From Rebecca billardiae RCC1528 (taxonomy: Eukaryota; Protista; Haptophyta), in contig OZ251225.1 in assembly GCA_965240325.2 (NCBI GenBank), positions 4,049,910-4,113,909 on the forward strand: DNA of 64,000 nt, read 5' to 3'. Shown one piece after another: positions 32,433 to 43,700 of the stretch. Below the pieces are notes generated by a model. The model saw only the letters and a list, made by a program, of their open reading frames with translations. It made no database searches and was not told the DNA's origin. How positions within the stretch are numbered: position 1 is the first letter of the stretch; every line of letters starts with the position of its first letter. The position numbers and the translations under genes were made by a program.

Positions 32433-32592
32433 GTCGACGTGGCTCGACGTGGCTCGATGTGGCTCGACGTGGCTCGATGTGGCTCGACGTGGCTCGATGT
32501 GGCTCGACTGAGAACCGGGGATGATGAGTCGTAGGCTCGGGGGAGGGCTGGGGAGGCGGGGTGGGGTGGCGGCACCGTATACTCCCACACAC
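32433..32592 (-). repeat. PLV right TIR
   Basis: Reverse complement of the left TIR, with about 7 full 10-mers instead of 10. Confidence 0.9.
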
Positions 32593-32629
32593 CGCGCGTC
32601 CAGGACGCGCGCGGCAGCAGACGCGCGAG

Positions 32630-32803
32630 CGCGGAGCAGCGCGGGCGCAGCGGCGCGGGAGCGCGGAGCAGCGCGGGGCGCGCGGAGCAGCGCGGAGCAG
32701 CGCGGAGCAGCGCGGAGCGCGCGGAGCAGCGCGGAGCAGCGCGGAGCAGCGCGGAGCAGCGCGGAGCAGCGCGGAGCAGCGCGGAGCAGCGCGGAGCAGC
32801 GCG
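32630..32803. repeat. (GCGGAGCAGC)n 10-bp minisatellite just outside the PLV
   Basis: Seen directly. Confidence 0.85.
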
Positions 32804-34382
32804 GGCGTCATGCTGGTACACTGGATTTGTCCAAGGAAAGCAGGTGAGCAGCACCGGACATGGACGAGAAGCAGTGGTACAAAGTTGAGCGGCAACAGGA
32901 CGGACGGTGCGATCGCCGATTGGCTGATCGCGGCAAAATCTGGGTAAGTCGGCACGGCGATGATACTACCGCCCCGAGCCCAGGAGCGATCGGAGCTCGA
33001 TCGCTGTTTTGGCCCGGCGCAAGAGCGCCGGAAATAAGGGCCAGGTTCAGAGGCTTGAGAGCTGATGAGATCGCGAGGCATGTGATCCTCGCGGTGGCGT
33101 CCGTCCTGTCGTGCGCGGTGAGCTTTTAGCAGGGCTCGAGACGCTCGGAGCTTGCGGTAATCCCAATATACTCTTAAAAAAATTTTTTTTTTACGATTGG
33201 GTTTTTCAGGTTAGGTCCCCAGCAGTGCTGCTCCCGGGCGGTCAGGTGGAGGTTCAGTCGACGAGTCCGCAGGCGCTCAGCCTTCCGTCAGCGGACGTCC
33301 GCGCGGGATCACTCACGCACCGCGTCTCGTCGACGGCGAGCGGCATGCCCACCGCATCTGCTGCCGCTCGCCAAGGCATGAGGACACGTAAATCCCACTG
33401 AGTAGGAACACACGCAGCCGCCTCGGCATCGACATGCCAGGCGGCGTGCCCACCTTCGGCCAGCAGTTGGCGTCGGCGTTCACGAGGACGGCTAGACATA
33501 TATATATATACATATCATCGTCTCTTCGTCAGGGCGTTGAGAATGAGATATCGATTCAGCGTCGACTAGCTCGAATTGGGTATACACGATCTTCATCTGT
33601 CACATATGTCACGCCACGGCTTACATGACAGGTAGTAGTAATACGGTCGTCGAAAATCCGAAGCCGTGGCCGATCCGTAACGGGCCGATCCCACCCTTCC
33701 GCATTGCCATTGGCACCTAAGCTGATTTCTGACTAGCTACACATCATGGTGATGGAGGCGCTCTGGTCAGCCAGAAACGCGTGACGATACGAGTGCAGCG
33801 TGGCCAGCAGCTGATGGGGTGGAAGGCTCGACCGCACGCCTGGCAACAGCCCGAACAGGAGCGGGCGCGAGCGACCGCATCACCGGCTCACCGCAACCAC
33901 CGCCCGGCCGCGGCCTGCGCCTCCGCGAGCATTAGGGCCGGCGGAGCTCCTTGAGGTTTGACCTCACGCGTCGCCCTCGGGCTGGGCGTTGGGTCAGATG
34001 TATCTATCCTACCCCCAGCGTCGCGCGCGGGCTCTGATGAGCCGGTTCGCGTCTCAACGGTCTCCTCGTCCGCGCAGGTGTTGCCGCATCATCGGCGAGG
34101 GAATCACGGCCCGAGAATCGAGATCGGTCGAGCTCGAGCGGGCCAACGGTTCGTCCGCAGATGGCAGCCCATCGGGTCAATCGTCTACCTCGTCACCCAT
34201 ACCGACCGTACCGACCCTTCCGCTCGCCACTCTGAGCCTTGCGCCGTCGTCAGAGCTCGCGCGCACGGGCGCCATCGCGAAGGGTGGGACCCCACCCTTC
34301 CGGCCCGCCGGTAAAGAGATACGCACTCTGCCGCGCGCCGCCTGCCGCCAGACACTGCCGGAGGGGAGCACCACCCGCACCG

Positions 34383-36790
34383 TCACGCGCGCGGGCCGCC
34401 TGCCACTGCTGCTCCGTCGGCGCCCCGCCCCTCGTCGTCCGCAAGGTCGCCGCTCTCGAGGCCGTGCGCGGCCGCCCACAGCGTGTGCACCCAGTCGGCC
34501 GCCGCGCCCACGCCCTCCGCGCCGAGCGGCACGCACAGCTGGCCGCCGTGCGCCGTTGCGAGCAGCAGCTCAAACTCGCACAGCCCGCGCGCGCCCGACG
34601 AGACGTTGCGGATGTCGCGCAGCAACCGCAGGTCGAGCGAGAGCTCGCCGAGCGCGAGCGCCGCCGCGGCGCGCGCGCGCGGCGCGCCCGGCGGCGGCGG
34701 CGGCGGGTGCGCGCAGCTGAGCACGGGCACGCCGCAGCTCAGCGCCAGCGTGCAGCGGCAGGGCGCGTACGCGCGCGCCCACACCGCGCGCGCGGCGCCG
34801 TCGCCGCCCTCCGTCGCGAGCGCCGGCGCGCGCCACAGCCAGCCGCTCGCGCGCACGCCGTCGGGCAGCGCCGGCGGCGGCGGGTGCGCGCGCGCGCGGT
34901 GCTGGCTGTGCGCGCGCGCGCGCGGCGAGGGCGGCGAGCCCGAGGTGGCGGAGGGCGCGGAGGCGGAGGGCGCGGAGGCGGAGGGTGCGGAGGACGAGGC
35001 GGAGGCGGAGGGCGAGGGCGGCTCCGCGGTCAGCGGCGGCGAGCCGCCCGAGCGGCACGCCGCGGGCGAGTCGGCGGCGGGCGGGGCGACGAGGACGGGC
35101 GCGGGCCGCGGCGTCTCGTCCGGCACCGCGCCGTCTGCGAGCCGCACGTGTCGCCCCTGCCCCCGCCCCTGCGCGTGCGCCCGCGGCTGCACGCACACGC
35201 ACAGCGCGGCCGCGCGCGCGGCGCACCCGTCAGCAGCAGCAGCGCACCCCGCCTTGCGCGCACCGCGGCGGCGCGCGGCGCCGATCAGCGCGCCGAGCGC
35301 GGCCGCGGCGCACAGCACGGCCAGCGCGAGCCACAGCCACCACCAGCGCCACGCCGGCTGCGGGCCGTGCTGCCGCGCCAGAGGCGGCTGCGGCTCGGCC
35401 GGCGGCGCGGCCGACGGCAGCAGCGGCGCGGCCGCGCCCGCCGCGGCGCCGAGCGCGGCGCGGCTGACGACGAGCAGGTAGGCGCACGCCGCGTCGCGGT
35501 CCGCCGAGACCACCTCGACGCGCACGCGGTTCGCCACGCCGGCGCCGAGCTGCCACGCGCACTCGAGCGACGCGCCCGCGGCCGCGGCCGCGCGCGTGCG
35601 CGGCGGCGCGCACGCGCACGCGCCCGCCGCGCCGCCCGCGGGCGGCAGCACGCTCACGCGCGCGCCCGGCGCGGGCGGCGCGAGCAGCAGCGTGGCCGCG
35701 CTCACGTTCGCGCCGACGCGCGCCTCGAGCGTGCGCACGCCGCCGCCGCCGTCCTCCGCCGCCGCCACGAAGGCCGCGCGCCCCTCGCCGCCGCCGCGCG
35801 CGTGCGCGTGCGCGGGCGGCGGCAGCAGCAGCGCGGGCGCGGGCAGCTCGCACGAGCCGCGCCGCTCGCCGCCCAGCCCGACGAGCGTGTACTCCTCCTC
35901 CTCGCGCGGCTGCGCCGCGGTGGCGCTCTGCCGCGTCACCGCGACGAGCACCGTCGCGCGCGCCGCGGGCGGCGGCAGCTCGAGCACCGCGCACAGCCGG
36001 CGGCGGCACGACACGTGCGCGCCGCCGCCGAGGCGGAGCGCGGGCGCGCGGCCGAGCGACACCCACGCGCCCGGCGGCGGCGCGCTCGCGTTGGGCGAGG
36101 GCGCGGCGGGGAGCACGCGCGCGCGCACGCGCGTGCCGGACGCGCGCGCGCGCGCGCCGAGCGCGAGGCGCAGCCCGCCCTCCGCGCCGCCGTCCGGCAG
36201 CGGCAGCGCGAGCGCGCGCGCGCCGCCCTCGCAGCACGGCGGCGAGAGCGGCAGCGCCGCGCCCGCCCCGTCCCACACGTCCAGCGAGGCGAGCAGCGGC
36301 GGCGGCGGCGGGCGCGGCGGGGGCGGGGGCGAGGGCGGGAACGGCCCGAGCCGCGGCGCGCCCACGCGCACGTCGAGCTCGCCGCCGTCGGGCGCGAGCG
36401 CGAGCGTGTGCGCGCCCGGCCCGTCCGCGCGCGCCGTGCCGATCAGCTGTGCGCGCGCAAAGTCCGAGTCGAGCACGTCGAAGCGGACGGGCGGCTGGCC
36501 GCGCAGGACGCAGCACGTGCCCCACGACGGCGCGGCCGCGTTCGGCGCGACGCCCGTCTCGCACAGGCCCGCGCCGCGCAGCGGCGCGCCCGTGGTCGGC
36601 TCGAGCAGCGTCGCGCGCACGAGCGCGTCGTTCAGGTCGGCGGCGGCGCCGCCGTCGCGCTCGGGCAGGCCGCGCGCGCGGAGGATGCACACCTGCGCGC
36701 CGCGCGGGGGGGGAGGGGCGAGGGCGCTCAGGCCGTGCTCGCGCGCGCGCACGCGCGGGCGCGGGCGCGCGCGCGCACCCGCGTGGACAT
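34383..36790 (-). CDS. C2-domain protein with a predicted transmembrane helix and PH-like C-terminus; probable micro-exon MSTR (36790-36779) then 36692-34383
   Basis: 'VCILRARGLP...DALV...TGVAPNAAAPSW...VRFDVLDSD...IG' (C2 pattern); 'WWWLWLALAVLCAAAALGALIG' (TM); 'SGWLWR...WARAY...AADWVHTLW' (PH-like). In-phase GT-AG intron 36778-36693. Confidence 0.6.
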
Positions 36791-36869
36791 GGCGGCGCCG
36801 CTCGCGGCCGCCCAGCTCCCCTTTGGCTTTGGGCGCGCGGACGAAACTCTGATCGACTTGGGCCAACCC

Positions 36870-37559
36870 ATGCTGCTCGCCGAGCACGCGCCGGCGCTCG
36901 CCGCGCTGCGCCTCGTGCTCGCGTCGGGCTCGCCGCGGCGCTCGGAGCTGCTGCGCGAGCAGCTCGGCCTCGCGCACTTCGAGGTGCTCCCCTCGCGCTT
37001 CGCCGAGGACCTCGACAAGGCCGCCTTCGCCACGCCCGCCGAGTACTGCGCCGAGACGGCGCGGCGCAAGGGCGACGAGGTGCTGCGCCGCTGCTGCTGC
37101 GCGGAGGCGGCGGCGGGGGCCGAGCGCCGCGCGCAGCTCGTGATCAGCGCGGACACGGTCGTCTGCCTCGACGGCGCCGCGCTCGAGAAGCCGCGCGACG
37201 CGGCCGACGCCGCGGCGACGCTGCGGCGGCTCTCGGGGCGGCCGCACGAGGTCGTGACCGCGGTCGCGCTCGCGCTGCTGCCCGCGGGCGAGCGCGAGCC
37301 CGGCGCCGCGCGCACGCGCGCGTTCCGCGAGACGACGCGCGTGCGCTTCGCCGAGCTGAGCGACGCCGCGATCGACGCGTACGTCGCGTGCGGCGAGCCG
37401 ATGGACAAGGCGGGCAGCTACGGCATCCAGGGGCGCGGCGCGCCGCTCGTGGCCGCGCTCGACGGCTGCTACTTCAACGTGGTCGGGCTGCCGCTGCACC
37501 GGCTCAGCGTCGAGCTCGGCGCGCTGCTCGCCGAGGCGCGCGCGGCGGGTGGCTCGTGA
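36870..37559 (+). CDS. Maf-family nucleoside triphosphate pyrophosphatase
   Basis: 'LVLASGSPRRSELL', 'ISADTVV...LEKP', 'LSGRPHEVVTAV', 'GEPMDKAGSYGIQG', 'GCYFNVVGLP'. An upstream in-frame ATG exists at 36789. Confidence 0.92.
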   Translation: MLLAEHAPALAALRLVLASGSPRRSELLREQLGLAHFEVLPSRFAEDLDKAAFATPAEYCAETARRKGDEVLRRCCCAEAAAGAERRAQLVISADTVVCLDGAALEKPRDAADAAATLRRLSGRPHEVVTAVALALLPAGEREPGAARTRAFRETTRVRFAELSDAAIDAYVACGEPMDKAGSYGIQGRGAPLVAALDGCYFNVVGLPLHRLSVELGALLAEARAAGGS

Positions 37560-37714
37560 CGCTGCTCGCTTGCCAGTGGCAGGCCGTGGTTCGACGATCT
37601 GATCTGACGACGAGTCGTATATGGGAGTATGGCGTAACGGGCCGTTATCTAGCTGCTGATGATAGCTATGATAGAGGAGAATCCCGGCGGTCAAACGGCG
37701 CCCAGCACGCCCGC

Positions 37715-39475
37715 ATGGACGCGCGGCTGCCGTGCGCGCGCGCCTCCCCGGCGCGGCGGCTGCGCACGGGGCGCGGCGGCGTCGCGATCGGCGACGCGGC
37801 GCAGCGCGGCGTCACGCTCGACCAGCTCGCCGCCGCGTGCGCCGAGGGCGAGCGCGTCGCGCCCGGCGCGAGCGCGCGCGGCGCGGCGGCGGCGCTGCTC
37901 GGCGGCGCGCGCGGCCGCTCGCTCGCCGAGCTGCTCGCCGACGGGCCGCAGCCGGCGGGCTGGGTGGTGCTCGTCGCGGACGACGCGCTGCCCCTGGCCG
38001 AGCTGCACGCCTGCCTCGCGCAGCACGCCGCCGAGCGCGACCTCCGCGCCGCCGAGGCCGTGTACTGGGTGGCGGCGCTCGCGCTGCGCGCCGGCGCCGA
38101 GGCGGCGAGCGCCGACGCGCCGTCGACGGCGGCGCTGCGCGGCGCGCGCGGCGCGGTCTGCGTCGTCGACGCGCGCGCCGAGGTCTGGCGCCGCGCGCGG
38201 CCCGCCGCGCAGCTCGGCGTCGCGCTGCGCACCGCCGGTCTCGCGGTGGACGCGGTGAGCGCGCGCGCCGACCCGCCGCCGCCGGCGGCAGCGGCGGCGG
38301 AGGAGGAGGACGCTCTGCGCGGCGCGCCGTGCTGCCTGCTCGACCTGCCGCCCGGCGCGGGCTTCGGCCACGACGGCGCGCGCGCGTTCGGCGCGCTCGA
38401 GCGGAGCGCGCGCGAGGCGCGCTTCCCGCGCGCCGCGCTGGGCGCGCTGCTGCGCGCGGACGTGGCGGGCGGCGCGCGCGCCGAGGGCGGCGAGGCCGCG
38501 CTGCTCGCCTGGCTCGGCGGCGCGGACGAGCTCGGCCTCGCGCCCACGCGCGCGCGCGCGCTCGACGCCGCGCTGCGCGCCTTCGGCGCGTGCCGGCTCC
38601 TCTCGAGCGGCCGGCCGCCGCGGTGGCGCTGCCGCGGCGCCGCGGTGCGCGCCGCCGCGGCCGCGCTGCCGCGCTCCGGGCTGCGCGCCGTGCAGCTGAG
38701 CGGCGTGGCGCTGGGCGAGGCGCAGGCGCTCGGCCCGCGCGCGGCCGCGCGGCTGGTACGCGCGCTCCCCGCGTGCGCCGAGCGCGCGCGGCTGCTCGGG
38801 CTCGGCGAGCGCGCCGCGCACGAGCTCGGGCGCGCGCTGCGCGGGCCGCGGCTGCGCGCGCTGCGCTCGCTCGACCTGCGCGCCAACCGCATCGGGCCGG
38901 CGGGCGCGCGCGCGCTAGCGGAGGGCGTGCGCGAGAGCGCCGCGCTCGCCGCGCTCGAGCTGGGCGACAACGCCGTCGGCAACGCCGGCGCGCGCGCGCT
39001 CGGCGAGGCGCTGGTGGGCGGCGGCGCGCCGGCGCTGCGCGCGCTCGGCCTCGGCCTCAACCGCGTGGGCGACGCTGGCGCGCACCACCTCGCGCGCGCG
39101 CTGCGCACGGGCACGGCGCTCGCCGCGCTCTCGCTCAGGGGCAACTACGTCGGCGCGCGCGGCGCGCGCGCGCTCGCCGCGGCGCTGCGCTCGGGCGGCA
39201 GCGGCGGGCTCCGGCTGCTCGACCTGGCGGGCAACTTTGCGCCGCCGCGCGCGCAGGCGGCGCTCGCGCGGGCGGCGGCCGCGCGCGGCCCGGCGGATGC
39301 CGTCGAGCTGCGGCTGCAGGACAATGACGACGACGGCGACGTGGAGGAGGAGGAGGAGGAGGGGGCCGAGGAGGCGGCCGTCGAGGGCGGCGAGGCCGCG
39401 CTGCGCGCGACGGGGGAGCTGCCCAGCCGAGTCGGACTATTCAGACGGGCCAGCACCGCGCGGCCGTTCGCGTGA
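37715..39475 (+). CDS. RNI-like leucine-rich repeat protein
   Basis: Repeated LRR units: 'LRSLDLRANRIGPAGARALA', 'LELGDNAVGNAGARALG', 'LSLRGNYVGARGARALA'. Confidence 0.8.
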   Translation: MDARLPCARASPARRLRTGRGGVAIGDAAQRGVTLDQLAAACAEGERVAPGASARGAAAALLGGARGRSLAELLADGPQPAGWVVLVADDALPLAELHACLAQHAAERDLRAAEAVYWVAALALRAGAEAASADAPSTAALRGARGAVCVVDARAEVWRRARPAAQLGVALRTAGLAVDAVSARADPPPPAAAAAEEEDALRGAPCCLLDLPPGAGFGHDGARAFGALERSAREARFPRAALGALLRADVAGGARAEGGEAALLAWLGGADELGLAPTRARALDAALRAFGACRLLSSGRPPRWRCRGAAVRAAAAALPRSGLRAVQLSGVALGEAQALGPRAAARLVRALPACAERARLLGLGERAAHELGRALRGPRLRALRSLDLRANRIGPAGARALAEGVRESAALAALELGDNAVGNAGARALGEALVGGGAPALRALGLGLNRVGDAGAHHLARALRTGTALAALSLRGNYVGARGARALAAALRSGGSGGLRLLDLAGNFAPPRAQAALARAAAARGPADAVELRLQDNDDDGDVEEEEEEGAEEAAVEGGEAALRATGELPSRVGLFRRASTARPFA

Positions 39476-40783
39476 GGCCTCAGCTGACGGCGAGGCGGCG
39501 TCCGCTCTGACAAGCGGCGTGGCTGACCATCGAGGGGGTCAGCTCGGTCAGTCGGAACAAGTCACTAGAGGCCGATCGACCCGGCGCCTCAACTCGCTTT
39601 GGCGCACTGATGATTTGCGCATGCGCAGCGCGGCGCTAGCGGGCGGGCGGCTCTCTGGCGGTGGTTAGGCGGTGCGACCGCGCTGCGGTGCGCGTGAGGC
39701 CTCGGCTCGCTGCGAGGCGGCATCCGCTCTGACAAGCGGCGTGGCTGGCCGTCGGAGGACTCGGCTCGGTAGGTTGGAATGATGCTGCTTTTGCGCGAGG
39801 CGGATCCAGCCATAGCTCGTCATCTGCCCCCCGCCCGAGCGCACCACTACCGATATTTGAAGCGCGGCGCGCGCCAGCTATGCAGTGCCACGACCGTCCG
39901 CTGCAGCGCCGCCCCGTGGTGAAAGCTGACCCCGCCCCGGCCCCCCATCTTACTCTTCGTCCAAATTGCACCTGCTTGTGCGCGTAGTGAGCGGCAACCG
40001 TGTGCCGCTCGCCCAGCGCGCGCAAGCTGGATGGCGATCGCCGACCGACGACTGGTGGTTGTCCCCACGCTGCCTCTCATATGCCAAGCACGCAGCCGGC
40101 GGCAGGGCACGCGCGGCGGATATGCGGTGGAGGGCGCTTGGCCGGGTGCGCACGAGAAGGGTGGCATATACGCGCGCGTCTGACGCGCGACAGCCTGCAT
40201 GGTGCAGGCTTCTCGCCGACTCGCGCCGCGCACGCCGGCAGCACGCGAGCTTGGCGACAATCGGCTGGCCGCTAGCCATCACACGCTGCGGGGCTGCACA
40301 GTGCACCCGCGCCGGGGGCGGCGAGCGTGCACTGAGAGGGGCCGAAGCGCACGCGCGCTGCCCGCACCACACGCGCCTGCCGACCCGTCCTGAAGCCCAC
40401 CTCTGCGCCCGGGTGCGCCGCCACGTGCGGTGCAACGCAGGCGTGGGATCGGAACCATCGCCGCACGCGCCAGCGGTGATGATGGCACCAGCTGACGGCC
40501 GCCGGCCAGGCCACGTGCTCTGTCGGGGCCGGCGCGGCGGCGAGTAGAGACGAGGCTTGCCAGGCGCCGGCGGAGAGGCTGACGAGGTCTGCCACGGCGC
40601 CATCGCACACGGACTGCTCTGAGCCAGAGGGCTGCAGCTGCATCATAGCAACGCTGTCAGGGCTTGATGGCAAGTAGTCAGCACAGTGAGCACCTCAGAC
40701 TCTTCCGCTGCAGCAAGGGGGGCGCAGAAGCTCGCGGGCGCTTGGGGCGTCCGCCCAGCGTGCGTCCCGAAGCAAACTACGGC

Positions 40784-43700
40784 TAGGGGGTCCAAGCCAG
40801 CAGCCTACGGATTTATGATTTTCGACAACCATGCTATGTAGGTGTCTGACGAGCGTGGCACTTGCTGAGGCACCCTCTAATATGACCCACAGCCCAGCCA
40901 AGCCGTCAGAAGCACTTCGCCCACTGTAGATGTGCACCGCGGAGCCACCGCGGCTGCGTGCGGGCTCCGACAGGCTCAGTCTGAGGGGCGGCGCGGGCAC
41001 GGGTCAGCACACGCCGTGACGCGGCGCGCGCGTGAGCAGCGCAGCAGCGAGCCTACGCCGCGCGGCAGATCAGCAGCGCCTCCTCACGCGCTCTGCACAG
41101 CCGACGCCACCAGCTCGACGAGGAATGCCGGCCCCTTGTAGGTCTCACCGTTGTTGAAGTGCACGGAGGCGATCTCCTGCCGCACGTCGATGGAGTCGAC
41201 CGAGCCGTAGAACCAGCGGTAGCCGGTCGGGTGCTCGTCGGTGATCGGAGGTGCGCCCTCCTTGAACGCCATGCGCACGAGGTCGGTCACGGCGAGCGGC
41301 CGAGATGGCGGCCGCGCCTTGAGCACCTCGTCCGTCGCGCGCGAGAACGTGCGCGCCGCCGGCTCGCCGTCGAGCTGCACAGACACGGTCGTGCCCGCTG
41401 CCGCGCCGACCGTGCCTGTCTCCCAGTCCTCGGCCCCGTCGCGCCGGACGAAGACGCGGTCGCCGTCGACGAGGGGCGCCTCCTCGGCCGCGCTGCTGGC
41501 AGCCAGCATCGCCAGCACGAGCGCGACCTCCTCCGGCGCCACGGCGTCTGCGCGCGCGACCTCGTCGTCGATCTCCGGGTGGATGGCGGGCGCGCCCGTG
41601 TCATCCGTGCCGAGCAGGTCGTCGTGTGAGACGAACGAGTCGGCCTCCTCGCCCCAGCCCAGCCACCGACAGCCGTACAAGCGCTCGAGGCCGTGCGTGA
41701 TCGCGCCAGTGACGCACTGGACCTCGTAGTGCGTCCCACCGCGCTTCCCGCCCGCGGGACTCCGCCTCCGCTTGGCAGCCGGCTGGGCCTGAGCAGCGGA
41801 GGCGGCCGTCGCGTCGCCTGCCGACTCGCCGCGCGCCTTCTTGGCCGCCGCCGCCTTGATCGCCGCCGCGCTCACCTTGAGCTTGTAGTGCCGGACGAGC
41901 GCATCGAGGCGCAGCTTCTTCGACGTCATCGCACTGATGCGCCAATCGGCCTTGCCGTCGCACTTCTTCACGCACAGCACCTGCTCGTACAGCTCCTTCA
42001 GCGTCATCCCCTCGAGCTCGCGCCAGGTGCGCACGCGCTTGCGCTCGAGCTCCTCCTTCAGCTCGGCGTCCAACGCCTTCTTCTCCGCGAGGCACTGCTG
42101 GAGCCGCTCGAAGTCGTCCTTGGCGACGTGGCCGGACTTGAGCTTCTGCGCGCGCACGCTGCCGTCAAAAGCAGCGCGGGCTTGCACGAGCTTGCGAATC
42201 GCCTTCGCCATCTCGTACTTCTGCTCGAGAGTCCACGTGCTCCACGTGTCCCGCCAGAACGTGCCCGTGTCGTTCAGCTTGAACATCACCATGGCGCAGG
42301 TGGAGAAGTCGTTACGCGTGACGGCGGCGTCGATGTAGGACTTGAGGTGCGAGAACGACCGCTCGACCGCCACGTTGCGCGTCGCCACGTTGGCGCGCTT
42401 CTCCTCCTGCCACTCGGCGAGGTTGAGGTTCTTGCCGCCGCACTTCTCCCAATGCGCGCGGTCGGGATCGTCCGGGTCGTCGCTGTGCGGCGCGGTCATC
42501 GTCTCGGCGTGGTGGCGATGGTAGGCGCGCGCGCCGGCGCCGAAGAGGCGCGCAAAGAGCGCCACCGCCTCGTCACTCACGAACCACTTGCCGGTCATGC
42601 TGTCCTGCGAGCAGATCATGAGCTGGATGAGGCGCGCCCGAGGATCGACGCGCTGGTCGGGGAAGATGCGCTCCGCGCCGGTGAGGAAGGGGCGCGGGTC
42701 GACGCGCCACCGGTTGAGGCAGTCGTAGACGCGCTGCGTGATGCTCGCCAGCTCGCGCAGGTGCCCGACGGTCGTGTACGCGTGCATGACCGGCAGGTAG
42801 ATGTTCAGGTAGCACACGGCGAGCGCGCAGAGGCACTTGTAGACGGTGTCGCTCTCGAGCATCATGATCAGGTAGTCGCGCGTCTTGCCGCCCTCGTCGC
42901 CCTGCTTCGCCTGCATGTACCGGAGGAACTCGAGGATGCGGTCGCGCCAGAGCACGATCGCGATCGCGTTCTTCTGCTCTCGGCGCACGGCCGCGCAGCG
43001 CGCGGGCGCGGGCGGGGAAGAACGTGAGTGCATGAGCGCGCGTCGCGTGCGCGCGCGCAGCGCGCGAGGTTGCGAGCGCGCGCTCGCGGCGAGCAAGCGC
43101 GCGCTCGGTGCGCGCGCGCGCGCGCGCGTGGGATGCGCGGTGCGCGCACCCAGAACACGCCGTTGCGGGAGCCGTGGATGGCGCTGAAGTCCTTCATGAT
43201 CCACTGCTCGTGCTCGCTGAGCTTGCCATTCGCGAGCACCCACTCGATGAACTCGTCGCCCTTGGCCCACGCCTTCTCCGAGAAGGGCGAGAGGTACACG
43301 CACAGCCGGTAGATGAAGTGCCAGATCGGCGAGTCGAAGAGCCAGACGCCCGTGCGGAACTTCTTCGCGTCGGGCGTCTTCACCTTCGTGCCGCTCTGCA
43401 GCGCCGCCGCCTCAGCCAGGAAGGCCGGGCCGAGCGTCTCGGTTGCAAACGCCATCAGCTCCTTGCCCATCGCGTCGAACGTGTTGACGAGCGCGTGCTC
43501 CATGCAGTTGCTCCACATCGTCGTCAGCAGGATGGTGAGCGCGAGGACGCACGTGCCGCGCAGAAGAAATCGGCCGAGTGCGCGGAGGCGCGGATGGGCG
43601 GACCAGTCCGCCCGATCGCGCGCCGCCTCCTCCTCGGGTGTGGATGGCGCGGCCGGCGGCGCGCCGCGGCTGTCGCCTCCGCCACCTCCGCGGCCGCGGT

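Larger units (their letters stand above)
16558..32592. mobile_element. Endogenous Polinton-like virus, 16,035 bp, with terminal inverted repeats
   Basis: TIRs GTGTGTGGGAGTATACGG... / ...CCGTATACTCCCACACAC. Dense intronless ORFs with visibly lower GC than the host. Contains pPolB, double jelly-roll major capsid, minor capsid, A32-like ATPase, lipase and Tlr6F-like genes. Confidence 0.93.
15897..33497. mobile_element. Hairpin-terminated element, copy B (about 1.57 kb of own sequence) enclosing the whole PLV
   Basis: 15897-16200 matches 14880-15183, and 33304-33497 matches 15703-15896. Ends ...GGCTAGAC followed by (AT)n. Confidence 0.75.

Noticed and set aside
16550-32600. Target-site duplication for the PLV
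   Set aside because: Flanks GGCAGC and CGCGCG share no 4-8-bp direct repeat.
33160-33220. AT-rich imperfect stem-loop as the end of a further nested transposon
   Set aside because: No matching inverted end was found in 16201-16557 or elsewhere in the window.
14880-33497. LTR or DIRS/Ngaro retrotransposon interpretation of the direct repeats around the PLV
   Set aside because: No RT, RNase H or tyrosine recombinase, and no PBS/PPT. The tandem junction shows G...C rather than TG...CA ends, and copy C has the same ends without long repeats.
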